Of a stretch of 64,000 nt of DNA, positions 1 through 14,815 are shown one piece after another. Source of the DNA: the human T2T-CHM13v2.0 reference genome, Homo sapiens; the NCBI RefSeq assembly GCF_009914755.1, contig NC_060937.1. The stretch is one strand, 5' to 3'. The notes under the pieces are model-generated. The model was not told the origin of the DNA. It was given only the letters and a program-made list of their open reading frames with translations, and did not search any database. The translations under genes and the position numbers were made by a program. Within the stretch, counting starts at the first letter, position 1; each line of letters opens with the position of its first letter.

Positions 1-96
1 TTTCTGAATCAGTAGTTCTGGAGTAGAGGCCAGGAATTTGCATTTCCAGCAAGTTCTCAGATGACACTGATGTCTAGGGACCACACTTTGAGAATC
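1..96. mobile_element. MER5A-like hAT-Charlie DNA transposon fragment
   Basis: tttctgaatcagtagttctg...gaatttgcatttc...gggaccacactttgagaa matches the recalled MER5A terminal portion. Confidence 0.8.
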
Positions 97-883
97 TGTG
101 ATCTAATGCAACTATCATAGAATGGGCATTCAATAAGTACTGGTTATTATTATTTCTAAAGCAGAGAAGGCAAGAAATGCCAGATGATGGGGATGGCATT
201 GAATAACCACAGGAGACATAACCAAGAGCACAAGTCCTGAAAACTCAACACGGATGGTCATCTCAGCCAAAGCAAATTTGCAAGCCTTAAGAAGGAAGTG
301 CTGCTCCTTAGTATTTATGCTTTAAAAAAAAACCCTTCATTTTACAAATGACTTTTATAAAATTTTTAATGGCTCGTACAATGGACTGTACGGAAATGAT
401 TTACTTGCCTGTCTACTTCCTCTTCATATGTAACCTCTTCTCTGAATGTGGTGAAACTTTAACGGCCAAGGAGTTGGATGATTAACATTAACGGGAGTTG
501 CCTGTGTTAATCCCTTGTGCATAACTGGATTTTTATCTGTTAAACTTTTCGAGATTTAGCCCTTACACATGTAATACAATTTGTGTCAGAAAAATTCAGT
601 AAATGTGTTTTATTTAAAAGTGAACACTTGGAAGTTGGAATGTTGGCTCATCCGTAGGAGACACAGAAACACTACTGAATATCTAATAGTTATAATTTTT
701 AAACAATTAATGCCATATGTAGTGGCAATTTGAGATAAAGAAGTGCCTGGGGACATGGAAAATCTCTTTTGTAACTGTATAGTAAAAAAGCAATTATTGA
801 GCCAGATTAAGTTTGAGATTTGGGGCCATACCTGTGTTCCCTATTTCTATTAATTCTCCCTGTCATCAAAACTTAGGAAAAGC

Positions 884-1056
884 AAAGATAGCACAAATGT
901 TCTTATCTATCCACCCTTCATATCTGAGACTGATTCTGTTCTCAACTTTCATCTCAACTGTTCCCTCATTCTTATTTCCATTTCCTCAGTTCAGAGCCTC
1001 ATTTATTTTCGTTGGATTATTTCAATAACCACTTAATTCCTCATTGCCCCATTCCA
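884..1056 (+). repeat. Donor copy of a local ~175-bp duplication, within L2-like sequence
   Basis: Near-identical to 3530-3707 by direct comparison (6 substitutions, 2 indels). Confidence 0.95.
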
Positions 1057-2243
1057 GGACATCTTACACCTAATGTCATATAATTTTTCTTGTGTCATGC
1101 CAACCCTCCCTTCATAAGGCAATGCTTTGTATTGCCTAGTGAAGAAATGACCAAATTTGGCCCGAAAATCAAGACTTCCATTATCTGGTCCAACCTCATT
1201 TTACTAGTTTATTTTTACATTCACATCAACTCAGCCATATGGAACAACCAATGACTTCTGGCAAATCTTGAGCTTTCTTCCCTCTATGTCATTGCCTGCA
1301 CTATCTCTCTGTCTCTTTAAATAACCAAAAAAAATTTTAGTGCTTTATTATTTATAAAACAATTTTGTAAGAATTGTGTCAATAGGCCCTCAAAGAGGAT
1401 ATAAATAGAGGTGTACACTAGGCATTTTCCTTTCCATTAAACAGAAGAGTAAATAGAGACTTACAGATATTAGCTGTTGATAGGAACAGCCTAGCAGAGA
1501 TATAGCTACAATAACTCTAAAACAAAATTAAACCAAACACACATACACACAAAAATCATTCCAGCTTAACACAATCTCATCTTATAAATCATAATAAGGA
1601 AAGAACTTACAAGATCTCTACATCAAAATGTATCTGAAAAATGTGTCTCGATAGAAGATGAGTCAATTCAATGATAATTACATTTAAGGCAGGCCTATGT
1701 AGAATGAATCCCAATAGCCTGAATATGGATCCTCTATGGAGCTACCAATTACTGCTACTGAAAATTTATGACTAATGGATTATATATTAATTTCATATCT
1801 AGGGAGTTTTGCACCCCCATCAAATAGACTCTCCCCTCATTTTCCTTTCCTAATGAGTTTCTATTCCTTGGTTTTACATACTCTTTTCACGCAAAAAGAA
1901 ATCCAGAAGTTTGTGATAATGCTAGCTTTCTTCTTACTAACATTGTTGTCAATAAAACATAAACATTTTATCACAATGGAATAGGTGAATTTTAGGTTTT
2001 GACCTATAGAATCTAAAGGATGTAGAATTTCATTACAGGACCAACTATGTCAAAATTATCTGGTACTTTGTTAAATATGGAGGTATAAATCAGAATCTTC
2101 AGATATGGAACCTAGAAAGCTATTTTTCAAGGACTTCAAATGATTCTTATGTCCTCCGACCTTTAAGAAAAAATAGAGATCTTTCACTTATATCATTAAT
2201 GGAGTAGCTTGCATGAAACCAAACTTTCTGCCATGGACAGAAA

Positions 2244-2301
2244 CATACATAAAATACAAAGCATACATAAAATACAAAATCAAACATACATAAAATACAA
2301 A
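2244..2301 (+). repeat. Three copies of catacataaaatacaaa
   Basis: 17-mer seen at 2244, 2262 and 2285. Confidence 0.9.
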
Positions 2302-3529
2302 AGACTAAACAGCTATTTAAAGGAATCAGACAACAACCAAGGTAGCCTGGACTTGAGGGATTAATCTCCAGGAGGGAAGGGATGTACATTTAGGTAAGCC
2401 CCACATTTACTACCATTTTTTTCTTTGATACATTTGCCAATTCCCAGGATGGTACATAAAAAACAAACAATTTGAGTCTTAAAATTCACAGTTTCAAAAT
2501 TATACTTAGAAAAATTTGGATTCAGAACTCCCAAGCCAACCAGAAATTGAGGAACCAAAATCAAGGGGAAAACAAAATCACGTTCAGCTTGGATTTTACC
2601 CATTAGGAATGGGCTGAATGGAGCAAGAAGTAGAAAAAGTCAGCATAGAGCTGCTGCCAAGATCTGTAAAAGCTAAGCAGAACTTTACATTCTCACAGAG
2701 CTTGGAAGTCAAAATGAGTTTAGGGGCTTTAAAGGTAGAGGGGTATGGTAAACTATTCAGGCTTCACGTAAGACCCTGGAAAGACAACAGACTAGTGACA
2801 AGAACAAACCAGAAAGAGATTGATCTGGAAAGCAGTCTCAGTTCACTTCATCACTGATTGGATCAAGATGATTAGCCTTTATTCTAGCTGCCTTCTTAAA
2901 AAAAAAATCTCAGGAGAAAGATATTATCAAGATCTTTTACATACACTATCAAGCATACAATCCAAAATTACCAAGCATGATTAGAAATGGGCTCAAATTA
3001 CAAATAGAAAAAGAAAAAACAGATAATACTAACAGCTACAGTGACACAAGTATAGACAGTTATTCAGTCCCCTTACAATAGAGCAGTACAAAATATAGAA
3101 AATCAAGTAGAGACATGAATCTACTCCTAAAAATAATACATGAGCAATCTAGAAGTGAAACTGAGAAACTAAGGGATGGGTTTAACAACCAATGAGACAA
3201 AGCAAAAAGGATTATTAGTGAACTAGAAGAAAGATTAGCATAAAATATCCAGTTGAAAGCACAGAGAGAAAAAATATCCAAATGAAAACACAGAGAGATA
3301 AACAGAAATAAAAGTATGTAGGGAATATAGAGGACAAGGTAAAAATATCTAACATAAGGAGAGAAAATGTGATATAAGCAATGTTTAAAGAGATAATGGC
3401 CTGAAGAAAGATAGATCCAGCAGAAAAAAAAGGACACAGTTATTTCATAAGAGCATCCATAAAGCCTAAAGCTAACTTTTTCTTACAAATGAGGGAAGCC
3501 ATGAGACAATAGAAAGAAACATATAAAGG

Positions 3530-3707
3530 AAAGATAGCACAAATGTTCTTATCTATCCACCCTACATATCTGAGACTGACTGATTCTGTTCTCAACTTTC
3601 ATCTCAACTGTTCCCTCATTTTCATTTCCATTTTGTCAGTTCAGAGCCTCATTTCTTTTCAGTTGGATTATTTCAATAACCACTTAATTCCTCATTGCCC
3701 CATTCCA
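3530..3707 (+). repeat. Inserted copy of 884-1056 interrupting old L1 ORF1
   Basis: Direct sequence match; L1 ORF1-like sequence on both flanks. Confidence 0.93.
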
Positions 3708-4698
3708 AGATTGGAATATCGATGAAAGGCAATAACTACCAACCCAGAATTCTATGTCACTAAAAATATTCTTAAATAAAGAAGACTAAAGATAGATATT
3801 ATTAAGTAAGCAAACAAAAAAAAAATCAGTGCCAACAGATGTGCTTTAAAATATATCCTAAATGAAGTTCTTCAGACAAAAGAAAGTGATAATAGAAACA
3901 TGGTAAATAAAAACAAAGAACAAAATCTCTGGAAACAGATAAAATGTTGATAAATCTAAATAAATATTGACTGTTTCAAACAGCAATAATAGTTTCTCCT
4001 GGGGCTTAAAAATATATGTAAGTTTAATGTAAATGACAACAATAGCACAAAAGTTGTCAGAAGTAAAAGTAATTAACTTATTACATACATAATAATTCAA
4101 GTATACAAGTTTAATTCTCTAGGATAACAACCAGTTGAGTAGTCAATACATGTACAACTAACAAATTAATATAGCATGGGAAAATGGAATAACAGCAAAA
4201 GAAGATAAGAAAGGAGAAAAAAAGGCAACTATAAACGTATGGGCAAATAGAAAAAGCAAAAGTACCTATACTTGTATCATATAAAACAGACTTTAAATCA
4301 AAAATAATAAAAAAGACAAGGAAGGCCATGTAATGATAAAGGTATCAATTCAGCAAGAAAAAATAGCAATTCTAAATACGTATGCACTCAACACTGAAGC
4401 ATGTAGATATATAAAGCAAACATTACTAGATCTAAAGTAAGAGATAGATTTTAATAAAATAATAGTGGGAGACTTCAATACCCCATTTTCAACATTAGAT
4501 GGATCATCTATACAGAAAATCAACAAGGAAACATTAAATTTAAACTGGACTTCAGACTAAATTGACCTAACAGACATTTACAGAACATTTCATTCAACCG
4601 CTGCAGAATATATATTCTTCTCATCAGGACAAGGAACATTCTCCAGAATAGACCATGTTATGTCACACAGAAGTCTCAACAAGTTTTTTAAAATTCTA

Positions 4699-5007
<309 letters not shown>

Positions 5008-5011
5008 TCAT

Positions 5012-5316
5012 GGCTGGGCATGTGGCTCATGCCCGTAATCCCAGCATTTTGGGAGATTGAGGTGGGTGGATCACCTGATGTCAGGAGTTCAAGACTGGCT
5101 TGGTCAACATGGTGAAACCCCATCTCTAATAAAAATACAAAAATTCACCAGGTGTGGTGGTGCATGCCTGTAGTCTCAGCTACTTGGGAAGCTGAGGCAT
5201 GACAATTGCTTGAGCTTGGGAGGAGGAGTTTGCAGTGAGCCAAGATCATGTCACTCAACACTCCAGCCTCGGTAACAGAGCAAGACTCCACCTCAAAAAA
5301 AAAAAAAAAAAAAAAA
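5012..5316 (+). mobile_element. AluS element, tandem with previous
   Basis: Dimeric Alu flanked by aaatctaaatcat repeats. Confidence 0.96.
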
Positions 5317-6925
5317 TCTAAATCATATAAAGCATCTAAGACAATAATGGAATAAAACTAGAAATCAATACAAGAGGAAGTTTGGAAACTATATAAATAC
5401 ACGGAAATTAAACAACATGCTTCTAAATGACCATTAGGTAAATGAAGAAATTAAGACAGAATTTTTTTTTATCTTAAAACAAATGGAAATGGAAACACGG
5501 CATATCAAAACCTATGGGATACAAGAAAAGTAGTGCTAAGAGGGAAGTTTATAGCAATGAAAACCTACATCAAAACAGTAGAAAGAATTCAAATAAACCA
5601 TCTATGATTCACCTCAAGGAAGTAGAAAAGCAAGAACAAACTAAACCCAAAATTAGTACAAGGAAAGAAATAAAGATCAGAGCAGAACTAAATGAAACAG
5701 AGACTAACAAAACGATACCAAAGATCAATGAAAGAAAAAGTTTTTTTTTTGAAAAGATAAACAAAATTAATAAATCACTAGCTAGACTAACAAAGAAAAA
5801 AGAAAGAAGAATCAAATAAATAAAATCAGAAACCAAAAAGGAGACATTACAACTAATACAACAGAAATACAAAAGATCATCAGAGACTATTACGAACAAC
5901 TATATGCTAACAAACTAGAAAGCCTAGAGGAAATGGATAAATTCCTGGACAGCCCATAAAGATTGAATCAAGAAGAAATAGAAAATCTGACTAGATCAAT
6001 AATAAGATTGAATCAGTAATAAAAAGTCTCCCAACAAAGAAAAGCCCAGGTCCAGTGGCTCCATTGCTGAATTCCACCAAACTTATAAACAACTAATACC
6101 AATTCTCCTCAAACTATAACAAAAAATTTAAGAGGACGGAATTCTCCTTAACCCATTCTATGAGGCCAGCATTACATTTCCAAAAGGTAAACACACACAA
6201 AAGAAAACTACAGGCAAATAGCACTGATAAACATTGATGCAAAAATTCTCAACATAATTTTAGCAAACCAAATTCCATAGCACATCAAAAAGATAATACA
6301 CCATGATCAAGTGGAATTTATCCCAGGGATGTAAGGATGATTCAGTGTATGAAAATCAATGAACGTTCTATGTCACATCAATGAAATGAAGGAGAAAAAT
6401 CATATAATCTTCTCAATAGACACAGAAAAAAACATTGATAAAATTCAACATCCCTTCATGATAAAAACTCTCAACAAACGGAGCACAGAAGGAATGTACC
6501 TCTTACATAATAAATGCCATATATGACAAATTTACAGCTAACGTCATACTGAATAGGGAAAAAGCTGAAAATCTTTCCTGTATGATCTGGAACAAGACAA
6601 AGATGCCCATTTTCACCACTTCTAGTCAACATAATACTGGAAGTCCTAGCCAGAGCAATCAGTAAAGACAAAGAAATAAAAGGCATTCAAATTGGAAAAA
6701 AGAAAATCACATTGTTCCACTTTGCAGACAATATGATCTTATACCTAAAAAACATCTAAAGACTTCACCAAAAAACTCTATCTGATAAATAAATTCAGTA
6801 AAGTTGCAGGACACAAAATCAACACACAAAAATCAGTAATGTTTCTATATACTAACAAAGAACTAGCTGAGAATAAACCAAGAAAACAATCTATTAATAA
6901 TGGCTACAAAAAAATCAAAATACCA

Positions 6926-7225
6926 GGCCAGGTGTGGTGGCTCATGCCTGTAATCTTAGCACTTTGAGAGGCTGAGGTGGGTGGATCACTTGAGGTCTGG
7001 AGTTTGAGACCAGCCCAGCCAACATGGTGAAACCTTGTCTCTACTACAAATACAAGAATTAGCCAGGCATGGTAGCCAGCACCTGTAGTCCCAGCTACTT
7101 GGGAGGCTGAGTCAGGAGAATCACTAGGAGGTGGAGGTTGCAGTGAGCTAAGATTGTACCACTGCACTCCAGCCTGGGCAACAGAGTGAGATACTGTCTC
7201 AAAAAATTTATAAATAAAAAATAAA
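6926..7225 (+). mobile_element. AluS element
   Basis: Dimeric Alu; TSD-like aaaatacc on both sides. Confidence 0.95.
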
Positions 7226-10200
7226 ATAAAATACCTAGAAATAAATTTAACCAAGAGAATAAAAGAGCTCTACAAGTAAAACTATAAAATACTGATGAAA
7301 TAAATTGAAGAAGACATAAGAAAATGGAAAGACATCCATGCTCATGGATCAGAAAAATTAATATCATTAAAATGACCATATTGCCTAAAGCAATCTGTAT
7401 ATTTAATGTAATTCTTATCAAAATATCAATGTCATCTCAGAGAAACAGAAAAAAAAAACTTAAAATTTGTATGGAATCAAAAAAGAGCCCAGACAGCCAA
7501 AGCAATCCTGAGCAAAAAGAACAAAGTTGGAAGCAACACATTATCTGACCTAAAATATATTACAAGCTTATAGTAACCAAAACAGCAAGATATTGATATA
7601 AAAACAGACACATAAACCAATGGAACAGGATAAAGAACCCAGAAATAAATCCACATATTTATAGCCAACTTATTTTAAACAATGGTGCCAGGAATATACA
7701 TTGGGGAAAGGACACCCTCATCAATAAATTTTTCTGGGAAAACTGAATATTCATATGCAGCAGAATGAGGTTGAACCTCTGTTTTTCACCATATACAAAA
7801 GTCAAGTCAAGATATATTAAAGACTTAAACATAAGATCCAAAACTATAAAACTGCTAGAAGAAAGCATAGGGGAAACACTTAAATACATTATTCTAGAAA
7901 AAGATTTTATGGCCAAGACCTCAAAAGCACAGGCAACAAAAACAAAAATAGACAAATGGGACTATATTAAACTAAAAAGCTTCTGTACAACAAAGGAAAC
8001 AAACAACAGAGTGAAGAAACAACTTGTTGAATAGGATAAAATATTTGCAAATTATTCATTAGACAAGAGACTAATATCCAGAATATACAAGGAACTCAGA
8101 CAATTCAACAGTAAATATATATAATGGGATGGATAGATATACATATATAGATATATATTTATAGAGAGCTATATAGATATATATCCCATTAAAATGTGGG
8201 CAAAGGACCTGAATAGACATTTCTCAAAATAAGATATACAAATAGCTAACAGGTATATGAAAAAAGTGATCAATATCACCAATCACCAGATAAATGTAAG
8301 CCAAAATCACAATGAGATGTCAACTTACCCCAGTTAGAATAGCTATTACTGTAAATACAAAAAGAAAAATAACAGATGCTAGTGAAGATGCAGAGAAAAG
8401 GGAACATTTCTACACTGTTGATAGAAATGTAAATGACTATAGCCACTGTAAAAAATAGTAGAAAGATTTCTCAAAACATTAAAAATAGAACTACAGTATG
8501 ATCCAGCAATTCCACTACTGGGTATTTATCAATAGGAAAATAAATTAATATATCAATGAGATACCTGCCCCCCACCCCATGTTCATTGCAGCACTATTTA
8601 CAGCAGCAAAGATACAGAATCAACCTAACTGCCTATCAATGGACAAATGGTATATATAACAATGGGATACTATTTGGCCATAAAAAATAATGAAATCATG
8701 TAATTTACAGCAACATACATGAAACTGGAGGATATTATGTTAAGTGAAATTAGCTGGTCACAGAAAGAAAAGTATCATATGTTCTCACCCATATCAGGGA
8801 GCTAAAAAAGTGGATTTCATACAGTCACAGAGTAGAATAATAGATACCAGAGGCTGGAAAGGGTGCATGAGTTGTGTGGTGGGGGTGGGGGTGGTAAAGA
8901 GAGGTTGAGTAATGAGTTAAAACATACAGTTAGATAGAATGAATAAGTTCTAATGTTCCATGACAGAGTAGGGTGACCCTGCCATGGAACATTAGCAGAT
9001 ATAACAAGATAGCGTATATTTCAAAAAAGGCTAGAAGGACTCAAAATTTTCCCACACATAGAAATGATAAATGCTCAGGGTAACGTATACCCTATATATT
9101 CTGATTTAATCATTATTAGATATTCTATGTATGTAATGAAATATCACATGAAAAAAGTATGTTGTTTTAAACCCCGTAACTACATACAATGAAAATAAAC
9201 TAAATACTACAACTAAAAGACAAAGATTATTAGACTGAGCAAAATAAAATCCAAATACACGTTGCTTATTAGAAACACTTTAAATACAAGAATACAGAAA
9301 AGTTGAAAATAAAGTGATGGAAAACTATATGTCACACAAATGGTAACCAAAAGAAGACCAGTATTGCTATATTCATATTAGACAAAATAGACTTTAAGAT
9401 AATAGGAGAACTAGTGTCAATATCAATAAAATATCAATAAACATATCAATTCAACAGGAAAATATAAAATTTTTTATTGCATGTCTAGTAACATGTTTTC
9501 AAAATATATAAAGCTGAAACTGATGGATTTAAAGGAGAAATAAACAAATCCACAGTCATTGTTGGAGAATTTCAACATACATCTCTCAGTAACCAAAAAA
9601 GAAAGCAGTCAAAAATTACTAGCAATAAACAAACTATGACAATGTGATTAACAAATTTGACTTTATATGCAAATATACAGTATTACACTTGACAACTGAG
9701 GAATACACATTCTTTTTACATACAGAAAGAACATTTACCAAAACTGACCATGCACTGAGTCATGCAGAAATTTTAAACAAATTTGAAAGGACTGAATTCA
9801 TACAGAGCATGTTTTTTAACCACAGTATTAAACTAGAAATCAGTATTTTTAAAAAATATATCATTAGAATGTCCATAATTAGAAAATAAGTGATAGACTC
9901 CTAATTAACCCATAAGTAGAAAAAGAAATCACAATGAAAATTGTTAAATGCTTTGAACTGAATAAAAGTAAAGCTGTGATATAAAAAATTGTAACATACA
10001 GCTAAGCCTATATTCAGAGGAACATTAACAGCCTTAAATGAACATATTGAAAAGGAAGAAAAGTTTAAAATTAATCGTCTAAGTATTCATCTCTAGATGC
10101 TAGAAAAGAATAGTATGTTAAATGTGAGGAAAGTAGGGAGAAGTTAATAAGGAGCAGAATTTAATGAAATAGAGATCAAATGTATAATAAGGATAATTCT

Positions 10201-10246
10201 TACAAATTTATTTCTTTGAAAAGATAAATAAAATTAATAAGCTTTA

Positions 10247-10778
<532 letters not shown>

Positions 10779-11444
10779 CTAAAAACATTAAAAAGGTATA
10801 GAGGATAAACAACTTTAAGACAATAAACTTGAACATTCAAATGCCCACATTCCTTAGAAAGAACAACAAAACTAAAACAGGAAAAACAGAAAATCTGAAT
10901 AATTATCTACCTATTTAAAAGTTAAATCTGTAATTAAAATTTCTTAACAAGGAAAACGTCAGGACCAGATGGCTTTACCACTATCTTCTTCCCAACATTA
11001 AAAGAAAAAAAAAACATTTTACACAAATCCAATCAGTGAAATTTACTCTATTAACAGAATAAAGGAGAAAAGTTATATGGTCATCTCAGTAGGTGCAAAA
11101 AAGAAAAAAAAAGCGTTTAATAAAAGCCCAATGCATTTGATGTTAAATACTCTTCACAAATTAGGCACATAGATGATCTTCCTTAATATGATAAAAGGTA
11201 TTTATTTTAAAGCTATAGAAATTATACTTAATGACAAATATTAGATTTCTTCCTGCAATCAGGAATGGGACAAAGATGTTCATTAATATTACTCCTTTTT
11301 TCATTGTATAGGAGTCCTTGCGATTGAAATAATGTAAGAAAAGAGACACAAATTATAAGGAGTAGAAAGCAAGAAATAGAAATATTGTTATCTCAGTCAA
11401 GATTGTGACATAAAAACTCCAAAACAATCTATTAAAAAATTATG

Positions 11445-11690
11445 TTGGGAGGCTGAGGCAGGCGGATCACAAGGTCAGGAGATCGAGACCATCCTGGCTA
11501 ACACAGTGAAACCCCGTCTCTAGTAAAAATACAAAAAATTAGCTGGGAGTGTGGTGGGCACCTGTAGTCCCAGCTATTCATGAGGCTGAGGCAGGAGAAT
11601 GGTGTGAACCTGGGAGGCAGAGCTTACAGTGAGCCAAGATTGCACCACTGCACTCCAGCCTGGGTGACAGAGCAAGACTCTGTCAAAGAA
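11445..11690 (+). mobile_element. 5'-truncated AluY-like element
   Basis: gagatcgagaccatcctggctaacac and gaatggtgtgaacc diagnostics; aaattatg repeated on flanks. Confidence 0.92.
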
Positions 11691-12049
11691 AATTCAAATT
11701 ATGAGAATTAAGAAATGAATTTAACAATGTGAGATGCATAGTTAATATAGTACAAAACAGTTCTATTTCTATATAACAATTTATAATACCAAAATATAAA
11801 GCACTCAGGAATGTGCAATTAAATTTCTATCATTCACTACACACATACACACACACAACTTTGTGGTGAAACATTAAAGAAATGAATGGAAATATATATC
11901 ATACTCATGGATTGGAAAATTCAATATGTAAAGATATCAACTCTCTTCCAAACTGATCTATTGATTTAAAACAGTACCAATCAAAATCCTGGCAGAGTTA
12001 GCGCATCTGCCTTCTATAACAACTTCTGGCACTAACTGTTATAATTAGG

Positions 12050-12433
12050 TGTCTACTCCATTTATGCTGCTATAACAAAATACCACAGACTGGATAATTT
12101 ATAAACAATAGAAATTTATTGCTTATAGTTCAGAAGGCTGGGAAGTCCAAGAACAAGGCATTGGCATGATTGGTGTCTGGTAAGGGCTGCAATCTCTGCT
12201 TCCAAAATGGCATCTTGTTGCCAAGTCCTCCAGAGGGAACCAACTTGTCCTCACATGATGGAAGGCAGAAGGGTATTGCCTTCAACCTCAAGCCCTTTTA
12301 TAAGAGTTCTAATTCCATTTACAAGGGCAGAGCCCTCATGACTTCATCACCTCCCACAGGCTACACTTACTGTTGCATTGGGGATTAAGTTTCAACCTGA
12401 ATTTTAGAGGGAACTATCATTCAAACCATAGCA
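12050..12433 (-). mobile_element. MaLR solo LTR (MLT1A/MSTD-like)
   Basis: tgctgctataacaaaataccacagactgg...cattcaaaccatagca. Confidence 0.85.
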
Positions 12434-12872
12434 GTAGGGTTTCCTGGAAAACAGAAGCTTAAACTCTTAGATTTGCATGCAGGAAACTTATTAGGGTCTA
12501 CTCTCAAGAACAACTCTGAGTAAGGGTCGCAGTATTGGGCAGAAGGGGAATTGCAACTGCAATGCAGTTGCACCATACATTCAGCCAATCCTACAATCCT
12601 AAAGGGAGGTCTGGAGCTGGGATTGCCCTTGAACATTGCCCTAATTGTGGAAAGAGAGCTAGGCCCATTATCCCTACAAGGACTAGTCATTGGATAGAGG
12701 CAGCTCCTGGGGGAATGGTGTATCCTTGGGTTAGGCAGCTTCCTTTAGTCCAGAACAATTTCTGAAGAGGGCCTCAGCTGTGGGCCCTCAGGAGTCAACA
12801 TTCAGGCAACTGGAAAAATAAGTGCCTTGGACAGGAAGGGGGATTTCGGGTCATACCACAGCATCCACTATA
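12434..12872 (-). mobile_element. ERVL LTR16-like LTR
   Basis: gatttgcatgcaggaaac...ccacagcatccactat resembles recalled LTR16 ends. Confidence 0.65.
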
Positions 12873-13215
12873 GTACTTCACATGCATTATTTCATTGATT
12901 CTTACAACAACCCTATAAGGAATATACTGCTATTATCAAATGACAAAGTCAACAGTGGTTAAACAATTTGTCCAGCATCATTTTATCTTACTAGCAACAA
13001 CACCTGTACTGTTTACCACTCATGCCTACATTCTTTTAATCAAACTTACTAAACAGAACAAAATTTTGTTTTCATACTCAGAGAGTTCAATTTACCTAGA
13101 AAAAATATTTACCTGAAGGCTGAAAATACTTCTATATTCTGCTACTTTGAATGTTTTCTATCTTATATTTTAAGATTATGTTATACTCTTAGTAGAGTTT
13201 TCCCCATCAGTAGAT

Positions 13216-13821
13216 TTTTTTTTAATACTTTAAGTTCTGGGGTACATGTGCAGAACATGCAGGTTTGTTACATAGGTATACATGTGCCATGATGGTTTGC
13301 TGCACCCATCTACCCATCATCTACATTAGGTATTTCTCCTAATGCTATCCCTCTCCATACCCCCCAACCCTCTGACAGGCCCTGGTGTGTGATGTTCCTT
13401 TCCCTGTGTCCATGTGTTCTCATTGTTCAACTCCCACTTATGAGTGAGAACATATGGTGTTTGGTTTTCTGTTCTTGTGTTAGTTTGCTGAGAATGGTGG
13501 TTTCCAGCTTAATCCATGTCCCTGCAAAGGACATGAACTCATCCTTTTTTATAGCTGCATAATATTCCATGATGTATATGTGTCACATTTTCTTTATCCA
13601 GTCTATCATTGATGGGCATTTGGGTTGGTTCCAAGTCTTTGCTATTGTGAATAGTGCCGCAATAAACATACGTGTGTATGTGTCTTTATAGTAGAATGAT
13701 TTATAATCCTTTGGGTATATACCCAGTAATGGGATGGCTGGGTCAAATGGTATTTCTAGTTCTAGATCCTTGAGGAATCGCCACACTGTCTTCCACAATG
13801 GTTGAACTAATTTACACTCCC
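13216..13821 (-). mobile_element. 5'-truncated L1PA (about L1PA7) 3' end
   Basis: ORF2 C-terminus [29 protein letters not shown] and L1PA 3' UTR on the minus strand. Confidence 0.95.
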
Positions 13822-14264
13822 AGATGTTTTAATAAGCAACTAAGACCCTTTATTTAGGCCCTTTAATTATACACGAAGTCAAGGCATTTATCAAACATCC
13901 ACTATCATCAAAGCACTGTTGTTCTAGGCATAAAGAGATGGAGGATGGGCATGGGCATTAAAAACCAAAACCAAACCAAACCAAACAAACATCTCTTGCC
14001 TCTTAAGGCTGTTTATTCTCCTCAGCCAAGTAAGAAATAAAGCTGAAATGGCAACAGTTCTCATAGCATGTAAGTCCTTCAGAAGCATGAGAATATTTTT
14101 TTTAAAATATGACATTGAAATTCAACTTAAATTTCATTATTACAGGTATTCTGATGAATGTTAGTTATTCTAAAACAACGCAGGAAATCAAATTACTTGC
14201 TCTCAATTGAATTATAATCAATCACCGTATTTAGTCCAGAGGTATCACAGCCCTATTATTTTCA

Positions 14265-14815
14265 AATAGTTTTATTGATGTATAATTTATATACAGTTAA
14301 CTAATGTTTGAAGTATGTAATTTGATACATGTACATATAATTTCATATATATGTGTGTATATATATATACACACACATATATACATACACACACACGTAA
14401 AACTATCATAAAAATCTAAATAATAGACATATTCATAATCCACAAAATTTGTTCTTGTTGCTTTATAATGTCTTCTTCCTACCCCTCCACACCTCATACA
14501 TTATGCCAGGAAACCATATTTTGAAATTTGGCCATGTTGGTGGGTGTATCTTTCCTTTTATTGTTGAGTAGTATTTTAAGGACATACCACAATTCATCGA
14601 TCCATTTATTTGTTGATAGACATTTGGGCTGTTTCCAGTTCAAGATTGTTACAAATCAAGCTGCCATGTATACCTCTCCCAAGTCTTTATTGGGCATAGA
14701 CTTTCAGTTCTCTATGGTAAATGTCTAGGAGCAGAATGATAGTTGTATGTTTTACTATGTAACATCGACAAACTTTTTCCAAAGCAGTTGTGCTATTTTA
14801 TATCTCACTAGTAAT
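14265..14815 (-). mobile_element. Old L1M (L1ME-type) 3' end with internal TA/CA repeat
   Basis: tttattgatgtataatttatataca...gacatttgggctgtttccagtt. Confidence 0.75.

Larger units (their letters stand above)
2200..4250 (+). mobile_element. Old L1M (L1ME/L1MD-type) 5' region and decayed ORF1
   Basis: A-rich ORF1-like motifs (ctaagggatgggtttaac, caacccagaattctatg); appears to continue at ~9190 after the L1MA insertion. Confidence 0.7.

Noticed and set aside
1611-1633. 23-nt minus-strand exon (IHFDVEI) with gtaagt donor
   Set aside because: Weak acceptor with an upstream AG; not in phase with the 23265 donor
12552-12572. 10-bp-arm hairpin tgcaactgca-a-tgcagttgca
   Set aside because: It appears largely inherent to the LTR16-like sequence
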